Assembly: GCA_002413835.1 (NCBI GenBank)
Contig: DHXU01000009.1
Coordinates: 14,626 to 78,625 of the forward strand
Source: Candidatus Saccharibacteria bacterium UBA5148
GTDB taxonomy: Bacteria; Patescibacteriota; Saccharimonadia; Saccharimonadales; UBA4665
DNA: 64,000 nucleotides
Direction: 5' to 3'
Position numbers and translations under genes: made by a program. Below, piece after piece: positions 8,484-19,472 of this stretch. Under the pieces are notes generated by a model that saw only the letters and a list, made by a program, of their open reading frames with translations, was not told the DNA's origin and ran no database searches. Positions within the stretch are counted from its first letter, which is position 1, and the number at the start of each line of letters is the position of its first letter.

Positions 8484-9059
8484 TTAAGACTTGAGCCAAG
8501 CGTCATAGGCCTCGAGGACTGTCCGCAGTGTATCGGCTATGCTATTTGCCTGCGTATCGACAACCAGATCATAGCTTGTCATGTCGTATGGGTCGATGTC
8601 GTACAGTTTCCTGTACCGCCTGGATTCACTATCTAGCCTCGCTTGCAGTGTATCTGCATACGCATCAATGTCATCATGGACATGCTCGCTAGATGAGCGT
8701 TCGTCATCAATCTCGGACAATATTCGTTCGGCTGCTGTCCGTATATCCAAATTAAGAAACACTTTGAAAGATCCCGGCATCCAGTGCCAAGCGGTACGCG
8801 AATCAATGACCTGCCGATCCTCAGATTTACCGATTTCCTGCAAACGGGCGTCGACGAGCATATCCACTTCTGAATTTTGCTCGGCACTTAGATTAGCATC
8901 GAGTAGGTTTATACCCTGCTCTCTGGCAATCGCTCGGAATAAGTCGCCCGACGAAAAGTGGTCATAACCAAGTTTGGCTGCCGCCAGTTTAGCGCTCGTT
9001 GATTTACCGCTTCCCGGACGACCGGAGATAGTTATAATATGCTTTTTCTCGATAGGCAT
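8484..9059 (-). CDS. Cytidylate kinase-like P-loop nucleotide kinase
   Basis: The sequence IITISGRPGSGKSTSAKLAAAKLGYDHFSSGDLFR contains a Walker A motif. The ~190 aa length fits short (d)CMP kinase family members. Confidence 0.7.
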   Translation of the reverse strand: MPIEKKHIITISGRPGSGKSTSAKLAAAKLGYDHFSSGDLFRAIAREQGINLLDANLSAEQNSEVDMLVDARLQEIGKSEDRQVIDSRTAWHWMPGSFKVFLNLDIRTAAERILSEIDDERSSSEHVHDDIDAYADTLQARLDSESRRYRKLYDIDPYDMTSYDLVVDTQANSIADTLRTVLEAYDAWLKS

Positions 9060-9092
9060 AGTCGACTGGTCCTTATTTACTGTGGTATATAC

Positions 9093-10907
9093 TTAATCAC
9101 GCTTGAGCATCACCGTAAAGGCTTCAGATGGAATATCGACTTTACCGAAGCGCTTCATGCGTTTTTTGCCCTTGGCCTGCTTGGCCAGGACTTTCTTTTT
9201 GCGGGAGACGTCGCCACCGTAGAGGCCGGTGGTGACATCTTTGCGGTAGGCGCTGAGGTCGGCCCGGGCAATAAATTTACCACCAATCGCCGCCTGCAGG
9301 GCGACCTGGAAGTTTTGGCGCGGAATGACTTCTTTGAGCTTATCGACGATTTCGCGGCCGAGGCTTTGTGATTCAGTGCGGTGGGCCATGACGCTCAGGG
9401 CACCGACGATTTCACCGGCGACGTAGAAGTCGACCCGCACCAGATCTTCAGCGCGGTAATCATCAAGCTCGTAGTTGAACGAGCCATAGCCACTGGTGAT
9501 ACTCTTTAGCTGGTCGTAAAAGTCAGTCAATAAGTTAGCCAGCGGTGCTTCGAAGCTGACCAGCGCCCGGGCATCGACATAGCTCAGGTTCTTGTGAATA
9601 CCACGCTTGGTGGAAATCAGCTGGATCACCGCGCCGACGTAATCCTGCGGCACGACGATTTCACCCTTGATCCAGGGCTCGCGAATTTCTTTGATGCGGG
9701 CCGGGTCAGGCAGGTCACTGGCGCTCTTGATGTCGATTTCATCGCCGTTATTCAGGCTGATCTGGTAGTCAGTTGACGGATTGGTGACGACCAGGTCGAG
9801 ATTATACTCGCGCTCCAGCCGCTCGCGGATGATGTCCATGTGCAGCAGTCCCAGGAAGCCGATCCGGACGCCAAACCCGAGCACTGGGGAGTTCTCAGGC
9901 TCGTACTGCAGTGCCGAGTCGCTGAGTGACAGCTTTTCGATGGCCTCCTTGAGCTCGTTATAATATTCATTGCTCTCCGGGAAAAAGCCGGCGTAGACGA
10001 ACGGCTGGACGTTTTTGTAGCCCGGCAACGGCTCGCTGGCCGGATTCGCCACCAAGGTGATCGTGTCGCCGACCTTGGCGTCCCGAGTAGTCTTCAGGTT
10101 GGTCACGATGTAGCCAATTTCGCCTGATTCCAGGGTTTTGCCCGGCGTCATGTCGGGTTTGAGCGCGCCGACTTCCAGGGCGATGCCTTGGGCGCTGGTG
10201 TTGAGCATTTTTATCTGGGCATTTTTGACAATTTCGCCGCCAAAGACCCGGACGTACAATATGACGCCGCGGTAATCATCGTAGTAGCTGTCAAAGATCA
10301 GGGCTCGAGTTTGCTCGCCGCCGACAAGTTCGATGTCGTCGCGCTTGGTTGGGTCAGGAATATCTTTGACAACCCGCTCTAACACTTTATCAACGCCGAC
10401 GCCGGTTTTGGCAGAGATCTCCAAGATGTCTTCACGGGCACAGCCCAGTAAGCTGATAATCTCCGCACTCACCCGCTCGACATCAGCAGCCGGGAGGTCG
10501 ATCTTATTGAGCACCGGTATGATCGTCAGGTCGGCCGCAATTGCCAGATAGACATTAGCCAGCGTTTGGGCCTGAATCCCCTGCGTGGCATCCACGACTA
10601 ACAAGGCGCCCTCACAGGCCTCCAGCGAGCGTGAGACTTCGTAGCTAAAGTCAACGTGGCCTGGCGTGTCGATCAGGTTCAGCTCGTAGCTGGTGCTGGT
10701 AGCCTTCAATGTGTACTCCATACGTACCGGCGCCAGCTTGATGGTAATGCCCTTTTCACGCTCCAGATCCATGCGGTCGAGCAGCTGGGCTTTCATATTG
10801 CGCTTCTCGACGGTGCCGGTCATCTCCATCAGGCGGTCAGCCAGCGTCGACTTGCCGTGGTCGATATGCGCAATAATACAGAAGTTACGAATTTTTGATT
10901 GATCCAT
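9093..10907 (-). CDS. lepA: Elongation factor 4 (LepA)
   Basis: 604 aa with IRNFCIIAHIDHGKSTLADR, NLIDTPGHVDF and LNKIDLP G-motifs plus a LepA C-terminal region. A TAGGAG RBS is present. Confidence 0.97.
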   Translation of the reverse strand: MDQSKIRNFCIIAHIDHGKSTLADRLMEMTGTVEKRNMKAQLLDRMDLEREKGITIKLAPVRMEYTLKATSTSYELNLIDTPGHVDFSYEVSRSLEACEGALLVVDATQGIQAQTLANVYLAIAADLTIIPVLNKIDLPAADVERVSAEIISLLGCAREDILEISAKTGVGVDKVLERVVKDIPDPTKRDDIELVGGEQTRALIFDSYYDDYRGVILYVRVFGGEIVKNAQIKMLNTSAQGIALEVGALKPDMTPGKTLESGEIGYIVTNLKTTRDAKVGDTITLVANPASEPLPGYKNVQPFVYAGFFPESNEYYNELKEAIEKLSLSDSALQYEPENSPVLGFGVRIGFLGLLHMDIIRERLEREYNLDLVVTNPSTDYQISLNNGDEIDIKSASDLPDPARIKEIREPWIKGEIVVPQDYVGAVIQLISTKRGIHKNLSYVDARALVSFEAPLANLLTDFYDQLKSITSGYGSFNYELDDYRAEDLVRVDFYVAGEIVGALSVMAHRTESQSLGREIVDKLKEVIPRQNFQVALQAAIGGKFIARADLSAYRKDVTTGLYGGDVSRKKKVLAKQAKGKKRMKRFGKVDIPSEAFTVMLKRD

Positions 10908-11040
10908 TACTCCTATTTTAACAGATAAGACTTACGGATTTGATTTAATGATAAAAAGTAGTATAGTCTTTCGTCCAGATATTGATTTCGATCATGCTTT
11001 AGTGGAGCAACTATCTTTGACATTTATATAAGTTGATAGT

Positions 11041-11619
11041 ATGCTAATTCTTATGGTCAAAATGATACGCGAGTTCAAACCCGCTGAAGAAATTACTAGA
11101 GAATCGCTGGCATTAAGCGCCGGCTTAAGAGGCTACACGCAACAAGAGATTTTACTTCTTCATTTGGATGAACAATGGCTAACTACCACTTCACCCCGAA
11201 CTCCTCTACCTGAACTAAATAGATTGCGTAATCAGGCTACAGCTAGTCAACTTGAACAAGCTAGAAATGTTGCAACAGTGGAAAAAATACTCGACGACAA
11301 CGGACGTCAAATAGAAATCACCGGACAGCGCAGACATTTCTTTTTCGGTGACCATATTCCCGAGACCATCTCAGATAGTCCTCTTGCGGATATGACCATT
11401 CAGGGAGTAGTTGTTGGTGAGATTGATTTTGCTGAACGCGACCTAGACTTGTCTACATCCATTGGCAAAGTATTAATTCACTATTTGGATGTGGTTATTG
11501 ATCGTGAAACACGTGAACCAGTTGTTGAGATGCAGGTTGATATTACAACAGTAAGAAGTTATGTAGATCGCCTTCCTACGCCTGACGAGCTAGTCCTTAT
11601 CGAACAACAATCACAGTAG
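11041..11619 (+). CDS. Hypothetical protein
   Basis: 192-aa ORF with no recognisable domain. A TTGACA-17-TATGCT promoter ending at 11045 suggests the true start may be the in-frame ATG at 11053 (a leaderless transcript). Confidence 0.5.
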   Translation: MLILMVKMIREFKPAEEITRESLALSAGLRGYTQQEILLLHLDEQWLTTTSPRTPLPELNRLRNQATASQLEQARNVATVEKILDDNGRQIEITGQRRHFFFGDHIPETISDSPLADMTIQGVVVGEIDFAERDLDLSTSIGKVLIHYLDVVIDRETREPVVEMQVDITTVRSYVDRLPTPDELVLIEQQSQ

Positions 11620-11627
11620 AGTTAGCC

Positions 11628-13259
11628 CTAGTACGGTTGTCCAATAGACTTGTAAATCAGTTTACGAATTCGGTGGAAGACCGGACGGATTTCTGCCAGG
11701 TCGAAAATAGCAGATATCCCGATGTGGACGCTGAACGTCACCAGTGACAGCAGCGCCAGCTTGGTTCCAAGTGTTACGAAGCCGCGGTCGTTAATGCCCA
11801 ATGGATAGAGTGTCACGGTTGCGAAGGCTGCTACAGTACTAAATCCGGTGACTGAAATAATTTTTGTCATCGAACCCCAGAATGACCAATCGATCAGCTT
11901 GCGGTCGCGGATCATCATGATGCTGAACAGGATAGTCACCTCGACCGCCGCGACGATCGATTGCGCCAGCGCCAAGCCCGGTAGCCCATATGCAGTTGGC
12001 CGCGACAGCATGTAGGCCAGGATAATATTCAGCAAGATTATAAAGATGGAGACTACCAGCGGTGTGACCGTATCCTTTTGTGAATAAAACCAGCGTGATA
12101 TCAATGCATATATTGTCCTAAAGAAAATCGCTACTACCAGGAATCCAAAGACCAGCGCGATGTCAGGCGCATTCTGGCTGAAGATCAGACGGGCCAGATA
12201 ACCGCGGGCGAAGAATGCAACCACTACAACCGGAGTCGTCAGCCAGACGATTAAGCGCAGGATACGCAGGAAATCCTTGCGGAACAAGTCCGGGCGACCC
12301 ATCGATAGCCGCTCATTGAGGCGCGGAAAGGCTGCAGTCGAAATCGCCGTGCCGAGCAGCAGGATCGGGGCGGTGTGCAGGATGTAGGCGTTGTTATAGT
12401 TGCTGATGGCCGTCGCCGCGCCCATAGATGTTGCCTGGCCGATCTGTGACGCAAAGCGCGTGTCGACGACACTCTGGAACTGGTCAATCCCCTGATCCAG
12501 CGAGCGCGGCGGCAGTTGGCGCAGCATGGCTTTGAAGTCTTTGTTGTGCCACATAATCTTCGGATGCCAGTGGAAATCCGTGCCGATAAGACCGAGAGCC
12601 ACAATACCGAGCTGTAAGACACCACCCACCAGCGCTCCGATTCCCAGGCCAACGATACCGATCTCGGTTCCCTTGAATATATATATGCTGGCGATGATAC
12701 TGACGTTATAAAACAGCGGCGCGATGGCATAGAAAAAGAACCGGCCGATTGTCTGCTGGGTACTCGTAATGATTCCCGATATTGTAAACAGGAATGGGGT
12801 GAGCGACAGAAAGCGCATCAATGAGACGGCATTATGCTTCTCTTCCAGGCTTAGCCCTGGTGCCACGAGATGAATCAGTGGGTAAGCACACGTAAAGATT
12901 ACTACGCCGACGACCAACATGATCAGTGCCAACAGATTCATCAGGCTGGCAGACAGCTCCCACATACCGCGCCGGTCACCTCTGTGCAGATGGTCTGCCA
13001 GGTATGGCATGAAGGCAACACCAAGCGCTCCGGCTGCGATGGTATAAAAGAACAGATCAGGAATCTGGAAAGCCGCAAAGTAGACACCGGCGTGCTGCGC
13101 TACTGGCGTGTGCGGGTTATCGAAGTTAGCGTTGATCAGCTTGGTACGCAGAAATCCCAGGACCTGCCCGATCATGGCGGTACCTATCAGCAGCAAAGCC
13201 ACACTGCTGAGCCGGACACGTTTCACTATTTTTGGTTTCGGTACTTGTGGTATGGGCAT
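11628..13259 (-). CDS. murJ: Lipid II flippase MurJ/MviN
   Basis: 543 aa and polytopic. The N-terminal region GFLRTKLINANFD...AFQIPDLFFYTIAAGALGVAFMP is typical of MurJ. Confidence 0.85.
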   Translation of the reverse strand: MPIPQVPKPKIVKRVRLSSVALLLIGTAMIGQVLGFLRTKLINANFDNPHTPVAQHAGVYFAAFQIPDLFFYTIAAGALGVAFMPYLADHLHRGDRRGMWELSASLMNLLALIMLVVGVVIFTCAYPLIHLVAPGLSLEEKHNAVSLMRFLSLTPFLFTISGIITSTQQTIGRFFFYAIAPLFYNVSIIASIYIFKGTEIGIVGLGIGALVGGVLQLGIVALGLIGTDFHWHPKIMWHNKDFKAMLRQLPPRSLDQGIDQFQSVVDTRFASQIGQATSMGAATAISNYNNAYILHTAPILLLGTAISTAAFPRLNERLSMGRPDLFRKDFLRILRLIVWLTTPVVVVAFFARGYLARLIFSQNAPDIALVFGFLVVAIFFRTIYALISRWFYSQKDTVTPLVVSIFIILLNIILAYMLSRPTAYGLPGLALAQSIVAAVEVTILFSIMMIRDRKLIDWSFWGSMTKIISVTGFSTVAAFATVTLYPLGINDRGFVTLGTKLALLSLVTFSVHIGISAIFDLAEIRPVFHRIRKLIYKSIGQPY

Positions 13260-13262
13260 AAT

Positions 13263-15935
13263 CTAATGTTTCAGTATTATTTCCTGTTCAGGCGCAGGCG
13301 TCGTGGTTCGGGCAACGTCAGCAGAGCCCGGCGTGTCTGTAGTCGGGGTTTTTCGCTTACGATGACGGGTACGCTTCCGCTTTGGCGACACGGCGCCATC
13401 GTCAGATGACTGGACGCTCGGGTCACTGGATACTACACCCTGCGAAGGGTTCGGCTGAACTGTAGGTTGACTGACTATTCCGGCAGGTAGCGAAATTGAT
13501 CCATTATTGCCACGTTCTGCCGGCCGATCACTGCCGGCCGTATTATAGTGTGGCCGGTTCGTAGCCTGAGGCTGCGGCTTCTGTTCTGCCGGCCGGCGTG
13601 ATGGCGCCCTGTCTGATCCAGCCGAAGCAGGGCGGAAGTCATCGAACTGGTAGCGTTCATTCACATATCGCTCGACGTATTGCTTCGACGATGCATAGCG
13701 GTTCCGGCTGTTCTCAATGATGGCGGCACTGTAATCCGTCTGTTGTGGCGGCAGGTTGAGGCTGATGGCCGAAAAGGCCGGCGTTTTCTCGCCCTCGATC
13801 GTCATACTGATGACGAAGTGGCGATTATGCATATGCACCAGGTCATATTCTTCAAATTTCGGCTCAAAATAGCGCAGCATACTGCGGGCGTCATCAGCGC
13901 CCATCCGGAAAGCGACGATAGAACCGACATTACCAAACACAGCATCCTTCACTTCAATAGCCATCTGGGCAGTGTACTGGTTGGCGACCGTCAGGTTCAG
14001 GCCATACTTGCGAGCTTCCGACAGGATGGTCGCAAATGAATCAGTAGCAAAGTTCTGGAATTCATCGACGTAGAGATAGAACGGCGTACGCTGTTCGGCC
14101 GGCATATCGGCGCGGCTCATAGCACCGAGCTGTATCTTGGTTACCAGCAGCGCACCAAGCAGCGAGGCGTTATCCTCACCCAGCAAGCCTCTCGAAAGAT
14201 TAACAAGTAATATCTTGTGCTCATCCATGATCTGCCGGACACTAAAACTGCTCTTGGGTTGGCCGATGATGTTGCGCACCAGCGGGTTGGCGACAAAAGC
14301 ACCGACTTTGTTGAGTACCGGAGCGACAGCTTCAGCTGCAAATTTGTCATTCCAGCTGGCAAATTCTACGGTCCAGAAATTGCGCACTACTGGGTCCTGC
14401 ACGTGTTTCAATACTTCCATCCGGAATTTCTTCTCTGTCAGGATACGGGTGATATCCAGCATCGTAGCGTCAGGATAATCAAGCAGCGCCAGCAAGCTGT
14501 AGCGCAGGATATACTCCAGGCGTGGCCCCCAGCTTTCGAACATCCGCTTCAGTACACCGATCAGCTCTGACGCAGTGTGTGTTTTGAGCTTCGGATCGGT
14601 GACTTCCATCGGATTGAAAGCCATCGGAAATTCCGTGTCGGCCGGGTTGAAATATATGACGTCCTTGGCGCGTTCCACTGGAATTCGCCGCAGGGTATTG
14701 ATAGCATAATCACCGTGCGGATCGATGACTGCAAAGCCGTGTGGACTGTAAATATCAGATATCGTCAGCAGCTCAAGCAGCCCGGATTTACCGACGCCAG
14801 TCTGTCCGATAATGTACAAATGTCGGCTGCGGTCGACCCGTGGCATGCCAAACATGGTGTTATGGCCGCGGAAATTGGTCGTTGCGACCGGGCTCAAGTC
14901 CTGACGGAACTCCGCCGTGATTATCGGCAGGTTGGCTGGCGGTTCGGCGGTCTGCGACGACGCCCACAAGATGTACGGCGTCTCGACGTTGGTGTGGGGC
15001 AGGTGACAGAGCGTCGCAACCTCTTCGATGTTCAGGATATAGCCATGCTTATTAAAGTTCCTTGTCCGGTACAGCCCGAGCACATACGGGTCGGGCGAAA
15101 TTCGTTTCTGTTCAAAGCCGTTCAGATAGGTCGTATTAAACTGTTTATAACTGGCAATAATCGATTGCAGACGCAAACGTGCCTGATTCATATCACCGTG
15201 GCCGCGGTAGACGACGCGCAGCTGCGTCTCAAAGGCCAGCTTCTGACTTTTTTCTTCGGCACCTTTTGCACGAACTGATTCGTATTCAGCAGGTTTGGCG
15301 GCTTCTGTCTTCGCTGCCGGCGGCGTCCAGAGAGCGCTGACCAGCCCGGTCATACTGGTTTTGCTGCCACCTTTGACTTTGGCGATATAGCGCTCGCTTT
15401 TGCGGTGCCAGTTCGAGGTGGCTGGCCGCAGGGTCAGCTGTACCCAGGCTTCCTCATCCGGTTCAAACTTGGCAAATGTGGCTGTAATTGACGCCAGTGG
15501 GTCAACTTCAAAGCTTTGGAAGGTCTTGATCGGCAGGACGTCCGGCCCTGTTAATTTCAGTTCAGTAACCAAAATAGAGCTGAAGCTGGAATCCGGCTGC
15601 GCCTCCGAAGTAGAATAATCCGGTACTTCAGAGATCTGCACTGATGGGTACTGAGCATACATCTGTTCCTCGACGTATGTTTTCAAATAGGTTGGGACCC
15701 AGACATAGAACCCTATACGCCGCTGTACGACAGCAATTTCAAAGCTGATTCTTTCACGGATCGTCGTCTGGAACAATCCCTGGGCCGGGATAGTCAGTAG
15801 CCCGTAGAGACTGGCGAACATCTGCTCGGCGGCCAGCTCTTTCTTATCATTCGTCCGGGGAACCTGCATAAGCAATACAACACCTGGGTCAGGAGGTAAC
15901 TTTTGTGATGGAGAGCCGGAAGTAGTACGTGCCAT
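13263..15935 (-). CDS. VirD4/TraD/HerA-like P-loop ATPase with N-terminal uncharacterised domain and disordered C-terminal tail
   Basis: 890 aa with Walker A IIGQTGVGKSG, Walker B-like FYLYVDEFQNF and the downstream ARKYGLNLTVANQ, typical of coupling-protein/TraD-type ATPases. The last ~140 aa are P/S/T/R-rich low complexity. Confidence 0.6.
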   Translation of the reverse strand: MARTTSGSPSQKLPPDPGVVLLMQVPRTNDKKELAAEQMFASLYGLLTIPAQGLFQTTIRERISFEIAVVQRRIGFYVWVPTYLKTYVEEQMYAQYPSVQISEVPDYSTSEAQPDSSFSSILVTELKLTGPDVLPIKTFQSFEVDPLASITATFAKFEPDEEAWVQLTLRPATSNWHRKSERYIAKVKGGSKTSMTGLVSALWTPPAAKTEAAKPAEYESVRAKGAEEKSQKLAFETQLRVVYRGHGDMNQARLRLQSIIASYKQFNTTYLNGFEQKRISPDPYVLGLYRTRNFNKHGYILNIEEVATLCHLPHTNVETPYILWASSQTAEPPANLPIITAEFRQDLSPVATTNFRGHNTMFGMPRVDRSRHLYIIGQTGVGKSGLLELLTISDIYSPHGFAVIDPHGDYAINTLRRIPVERAKDVIYFNPADTEFPMAFNPMEVTDPKLKTHTASELIGVLKRMFESWGPRLEYILRYSLLALLDYPDATMLDITRILTEKKFRMEVLKHVQDPVVRNFWTVEFASWNDKFAAEAVAPVLNKVGAFVANPLVRNIIGQPKSSFSVRQIMDEHKILLVNLSRGLLGEDNASLLGALLVTKIQLGAMSRADMPAEQRTPFYLYVDEFQNFATDSFATILSEARKYGLNLTVANQYTAQMAIEVKDAVFGNVGSIVAFRMGADDARSMLRYFEPKFEEYDLVHMHNRHFVISMTIEGEKTPAFSAISLNLPPQQTDYSAAIIENSRNRYASSKQYVERYVNERYQFDDFRPASAGSDRAPSRRPAEQKPQPQATNRPHYNTAGSDRPAERGNNGSISLPAGIVSQPTVQPNPSQGVVSSDPSVQSSDDGAVSPKRKRTRHRKRKTPTTDTPGSADVARTTTPAPEQEIILKH

Positions 15936-16020
15936 AATAAATTAGCCGCAGCCTTTATAGCGCCACAAGCATTTATATATTGTCGCATTTTTACCGTTCG
16001 AAATACAGGAGAATTGATGA

Positions 16021-17889
16021 CTAATAGAGTGCAGCTGTTTTGGGTAGGACAGCACCGATGAATACTTCTGTGACTTCTTCGGCATCAACTGTTTCTTTGT
16101 CGAGCAGGCGGTCCTTGAGGGCTTCGAGCTTATCAATGTTAGCCTTGATGACTGCTCTGGCCCGTTCTGCAGCCTCGGTAATCAGCCCTTCGACTTCCTG
16201 ATCAATCAGCTTCTTGGTGTCTTCTGACTGGTTGCTTTCCTGCACCAGCCGGTCCATCATCATACCTTCGTCAACCTGGAAGACCTGGTCGCGCAATTTC
16301 GTACCCATGCCCTGGTTCATAATCATATCGCGGGCCAGTTCAGCTGCTTTCTGCAAGTCATTGCTGGCGCCAGTCGTAATCCGGTCTACTCCAAACATAA
16401 CTTCTTCAGCTATACGGCCGCCGAGTCCACGGGCCAGAATATCCTTATACTGGATAAGCGAGACATAATAGCGGTCCTCTGGCGGTATAAACCAGGTGAC
16501 ACCACCGGTACCGCCGCGGGGTATGATAGTCACCTTGTGCACAGGGTCGCTGTCCGGCAGGACATGTCCGACAAGGGCATGGCCGGCTTCATGGAAAGCA
16601 GTCAGGACCTTGTCAGCTTCGGTCATGACCTTACTCTTGCGTTCCGGGCCAATGGCTACACGCTCAAAAGCTTCAGTAACGTCATGCTGGCTGATCTCGG
16701 TGTGATTATGGCGGGCCGCAATAATCGCCGATTCGTTGGCGATATTCGCCAGGTCGGCACCTGATGACCCAGCTGATTTGCCAGCCAGCGCATTCAGGTC
16801 AACATTCTTGGCGAGCGGCTTCTTGGCAAAGTGGATGTTCAGAATCGCTTCGCGGTCCTGGCGGTCCGGTAGTCCGATGTTGACACGGCGGTCAAAACGT
16901 CCTGGGCGAAGCAGGGCAGGATCGAGTACGTCAGCCCGGTTCGTAGCGGCTAGCACAATAACATTCTGTCCTTGTTCAAAGCCGTCCATCTCGACCAGTA
17001 TCTGGTTCAGCGTCTGCTCACGCTCATCATGGCCGCCACCCATGCCGGAGCCACGGCGCCGGCCGACAGCATCAATTTCATCAACGAAGATAATACATGG
17101 CGCGTTCTTCTTTGCCTTTGCAAACAAATCACGAACACGCGATGCGCCAACACCGACGAACATTTCAACGAATTCCGATCCGGAGATGCTGAAGAATGGC
17201 ACGTTAGCTTCACCGGCGACGGCTCGGGCCAACAACGTCTTACCAGTTCCGGGAGGACCGACCAGCAGCACACCCTTCGGGATGCGGGCACCGACACTGG
17301 AAAACTTCTTTGGGAACTTCAAAAATTCGACAACTTCCTCGAGATCCTGCTTGGCTTCGTCGCTGCCGGCGATTTCTTTGAAGGTAACTTTGTCTTTCTC
17401 ATTGCCATACAGCCGGGCCTTGCTTTTGCCAAATGACATTGCCTGGTTGCCCTGACCCTGAGCACTCCGCAACATAAAATACAACATGCCGCCGATTAAG
17501 ATGATTGGCAAAGCAGAGATGAGCAGGCCGCCCCATACTGAGCCGCCGGAAGATGCCGGGGAATTGATATTCTCAAATTTTGAGGTGTTGAAGCCCTCTT
17601 CCTTGAGCGTAGCATTCGGATCGACGTACGCCTTGAGTGTTGGCTGGCTATCGCCGCGCTTCGTTATCTTCAGTTCATTACCGCTCTTGGTGACTTTGGA
17701 GTACTGCCCGCTGTTTGCCTGGCTGATGGCTGTCGATTCTGGAATTTCTTTGAGGCCACCAGACTGGCCGTAAGCGGCAAAAATTACCAGCGCCACCAAA
17801 ACGACCATTGCCACAAAGCCAATATTCTTAAAGCCGCGGCGGCCTTTGCTGTTCTTTGATTTGCCGTTCTTAAAGGGTTTCTTATCCAT
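16021..17889 (-). CDS. ftsH: ATP-dependent zinc metalloprotease FtsH
   Basis: 622 aa with two N-terminal TM segments, the AAA motif [23 protein letters not shown], and the zinc site HEAGHAL. Confidence 0.97.
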   Translation of the reverse strand: MDKKPFKNGKSKNSKGRRGFKNIGFVAMVVLVALVIFAAYGQSGGLKEIPESTAISQANSGQYSKVTKSGNELKITKRGDSQPTLKAYVDPNATLKEEGFNTSKFENINSPASSGGSVWGGLLISALPIILIGGMLYFMLRSAQGQGNQAMSFGKSKARLYGNEKDKVTFKEIAGSDEAKQDLEEVVEFLKFPKKFSSVGARIPKGVLLVGPPGTGKTLLARAVAGEANVPFFSISGSEFVEMFVGVGASRVRDLFAKAKKNAPCIIFVDEIDAVGRRRGSGMGGGHDEREQTLNQILVEMDGFEQGQNVIVLAATNRADVLDPALLRPGRFDRRVNIGLPDRQDREAILNIHFAKKPLAKNVDLNALAGKSAGSSGADLANIANESAIIAARHNHTEISQHDVTEAFERVAIGPERKSKVMTEADKVLTAFHEAGHALVGHVLPDSDPVHKVTIIPRGGTGGVTWFIPPEDRYYVSLIQYKDILARGLGGRIAEEVMFGVDRITTGASNDLQKAAELARDMIMNQGMGTKLRDQVFQVDEGMMMDRLVQESNQSEDTKKLIDQEVEGLITEAAERARAVIKANIDKLEALKDRLLDKETVDAEEVTEVFIGAVLPKTAALY

Positions 17890-17925
17890 ATGTTGGTCTA
17901 TTATATACTGTCCAAAATAAATTAT

Positions 17926-18813
17926 CTAGCGCTCAATGTGTTTGAGTGCCAAATAAGCTTTACCAACGTGCATCGTCAGGTTCCCGGCCACATGAACCTG
18001 CCGCCCAGGCTGGAAGATCTTGGCGGCATGTACCAGCCGTTCGACCATTTTTTTGTCGATGTCGCCTACACCGCCTTGGCGTAACCAGGCGGCCATAACT
18101 TCGCGGGCTGCAGTATGTGGCAACATAATGAACCAGCTGCGCGTCATCCCTTTTTCGCTCAGCTGCTCGGCCAAAACATTGTCCAGCACGGCATCCAGCT
18201 CGGCATTTGTCTGACGCATCGCCACGATAATCCCGTGTAGCTTTTCCCGATCGGCTGCATTGAAGCGCGGTACAATATTGTGCCGGATGTAATTACGTGT
18301 ATAGGCATCGCCGGCATTAGTACTATCCTCGCGCCATAACAACTGATTGTCCTTGGCATATTGGATGATTTCCGTCTTCGGAATATGTAGCAGCGGCCGC
18401 TTGATACCATCGGTTGACCGCAGGCTGGTCAGGCCACGCCGACCGGTGCCGCGCAGTATGTTATGTATTGCTGTCTCCAACGCATCGTCCTGATGATGGG
18501 CTGTCACGATCGCATCGGCCGCTGCCGCACGCCGCACTGTATGCAAAAAGTCATAGCGGGCCTGGCGGGCTGCCGCTTCACTGATATCCGGTCCGAGATT
18601 TCCCCGCGCCGTGACATATGGCAGATCATATGATTTCGCCATCCCGCGTACCAACTTTTCATCTTCAGCAGAGTCCACCCGAACGCCGTGGTCAAAGTGC
18701 GCCACCGTCAGTTTCAGGCCAGGCTGCGCCAGAAGCACATGCAGCAGTGTAACCGAGTCAACGCCGCCGGATACAGCGACTACGTAACTGCCTGGGGCAA
18801 GCGTTATATGCAT
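17926..18813 (-). CDS. tilS: tRNA(Ile)-lysidine synthase TilS
   Basis: PP-loop motif VAVSGGVDSVTLL. The 295 aa protein sits directly downstream of ftsH, a common arrangement. Confidence 0.88.
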   Translation of the reverse strand: MHITLAPGSYVVAVSGGVDSVTLLHVLLAQPGLKLTVAHFDHGVRVDSAEDEKLVRGMAKSYDLPYVTARGNLGPDISEAAARQARYDFLHTVRRAAAADAIVTAHHQDDALETAIHNILRGTGRRGLTSLRSTDGIKRPLLHIPKTEIIQYAKDNQLLWREDSTNAGDAYTRNYIRHNIVPRFNAADREKLHGIIVAMRQTNAELDAVLDNVLAEQLSEKGMTRSWFIMLPHTAAREVMAAWLRQGGVGDIDKKMVERLVHAAKIFQPGRQVHVAGNLTMHVGKAYLALKHIER

Positions 18814-18839
18814 ATGTAAACTCTAGTATACTGACAATC

Positions 18840-19409
18840 ATGCCTGAACTCACCTTTGTTACCGGGAATGATGACAAATTTATTACCTGTCAGCACGTCT
18901 GTGCCAAATACGGAATTACTCTCATGCGGGAATCACCGGAGATCGATGAAGTCCAATCCGAAGACTCGATGTACATCGCCTGCAAAAAAGCTGAAGCTGC
19001 GTACCACCTGCTGCAGCGGCCGCTCGTCGTCAGTGATGACACCTGGGAAATTACCAGCCTCAATGGATTCCCGGGTTCCTACATGAAATCCATGAACCAC
19101 TGGCTGACTGTCGACGACTTCCTGCGCCTATTGGCACCGATGTCGGACAGATCATGCACCTTACGGCAATATCTGGTATATCAGGATGGAACTGAGCAAA
19201 AGGTCTTCACCAATGAGGTACGCGGCGAAATCCTTACCGAAGCCCGCGGTGATATCAGCACTCCCTGGACCGCACTCGTTAGTCTGGAGGGCGATAATGG
19301 ACTGACAATCGCCGAGGTCCGGGCTGCCCAGCGCGACCGCAGTGACCGCGGTGCCGCCGATGTCTGGCGCGGACTGTTGGACTGGTACACCGCTCGTCCT
19401 ACCACGTAG
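18840..19409 (+). CDS. Non-canonical purine NTP pyrophosphatase (HAM1/RdgB family)
   Basis: TFVTGNDDKF ... VVSDDTWEITSLNGFPGSYMK resembles the ITPase family motifs. Confidence 0.7.
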   Translation: MPELTFVTGNDDKFITCQHVCAKYGITLMRESPEIDEVQSEDSMYIACKKAEAAYHLLQRPLVVSDDTWEITSLNGFPGSYMKSMNHWLTVDDFLRLLAPMSDRSCTLRQYLVYQDGTEQKVFTNEVRGEILTEARGDISTPWTALVSLEGDNGLTIAEVRAAQRDRSDRGAADVWRGLLDWYTARPTT

Positions 19410-19472
19410 CACGGCACGTATGGCATGGCTATTTTCTAGGCCAACGCCCAATATTATGACAAAATAGAGCTC

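Noticed and set aside
12870-15278. + strand ORFs inside murJ and the VirD4-like ATPase (12870..13409, 13680..14039, 14137..14570, 14577..15278)
   Set aside because: They are antisense to long genes with clear motifs, and none has a recognisable domain or translation signals.
16214-17773. + strand ORFs inside ftsH (for example 16736..17455, 239 aa)
   Set aside because: They are antisense shadows of ftsH. Their Ser/Pro/Arg-rich translations are typical of the reverse frame of a GC-moderate gene.
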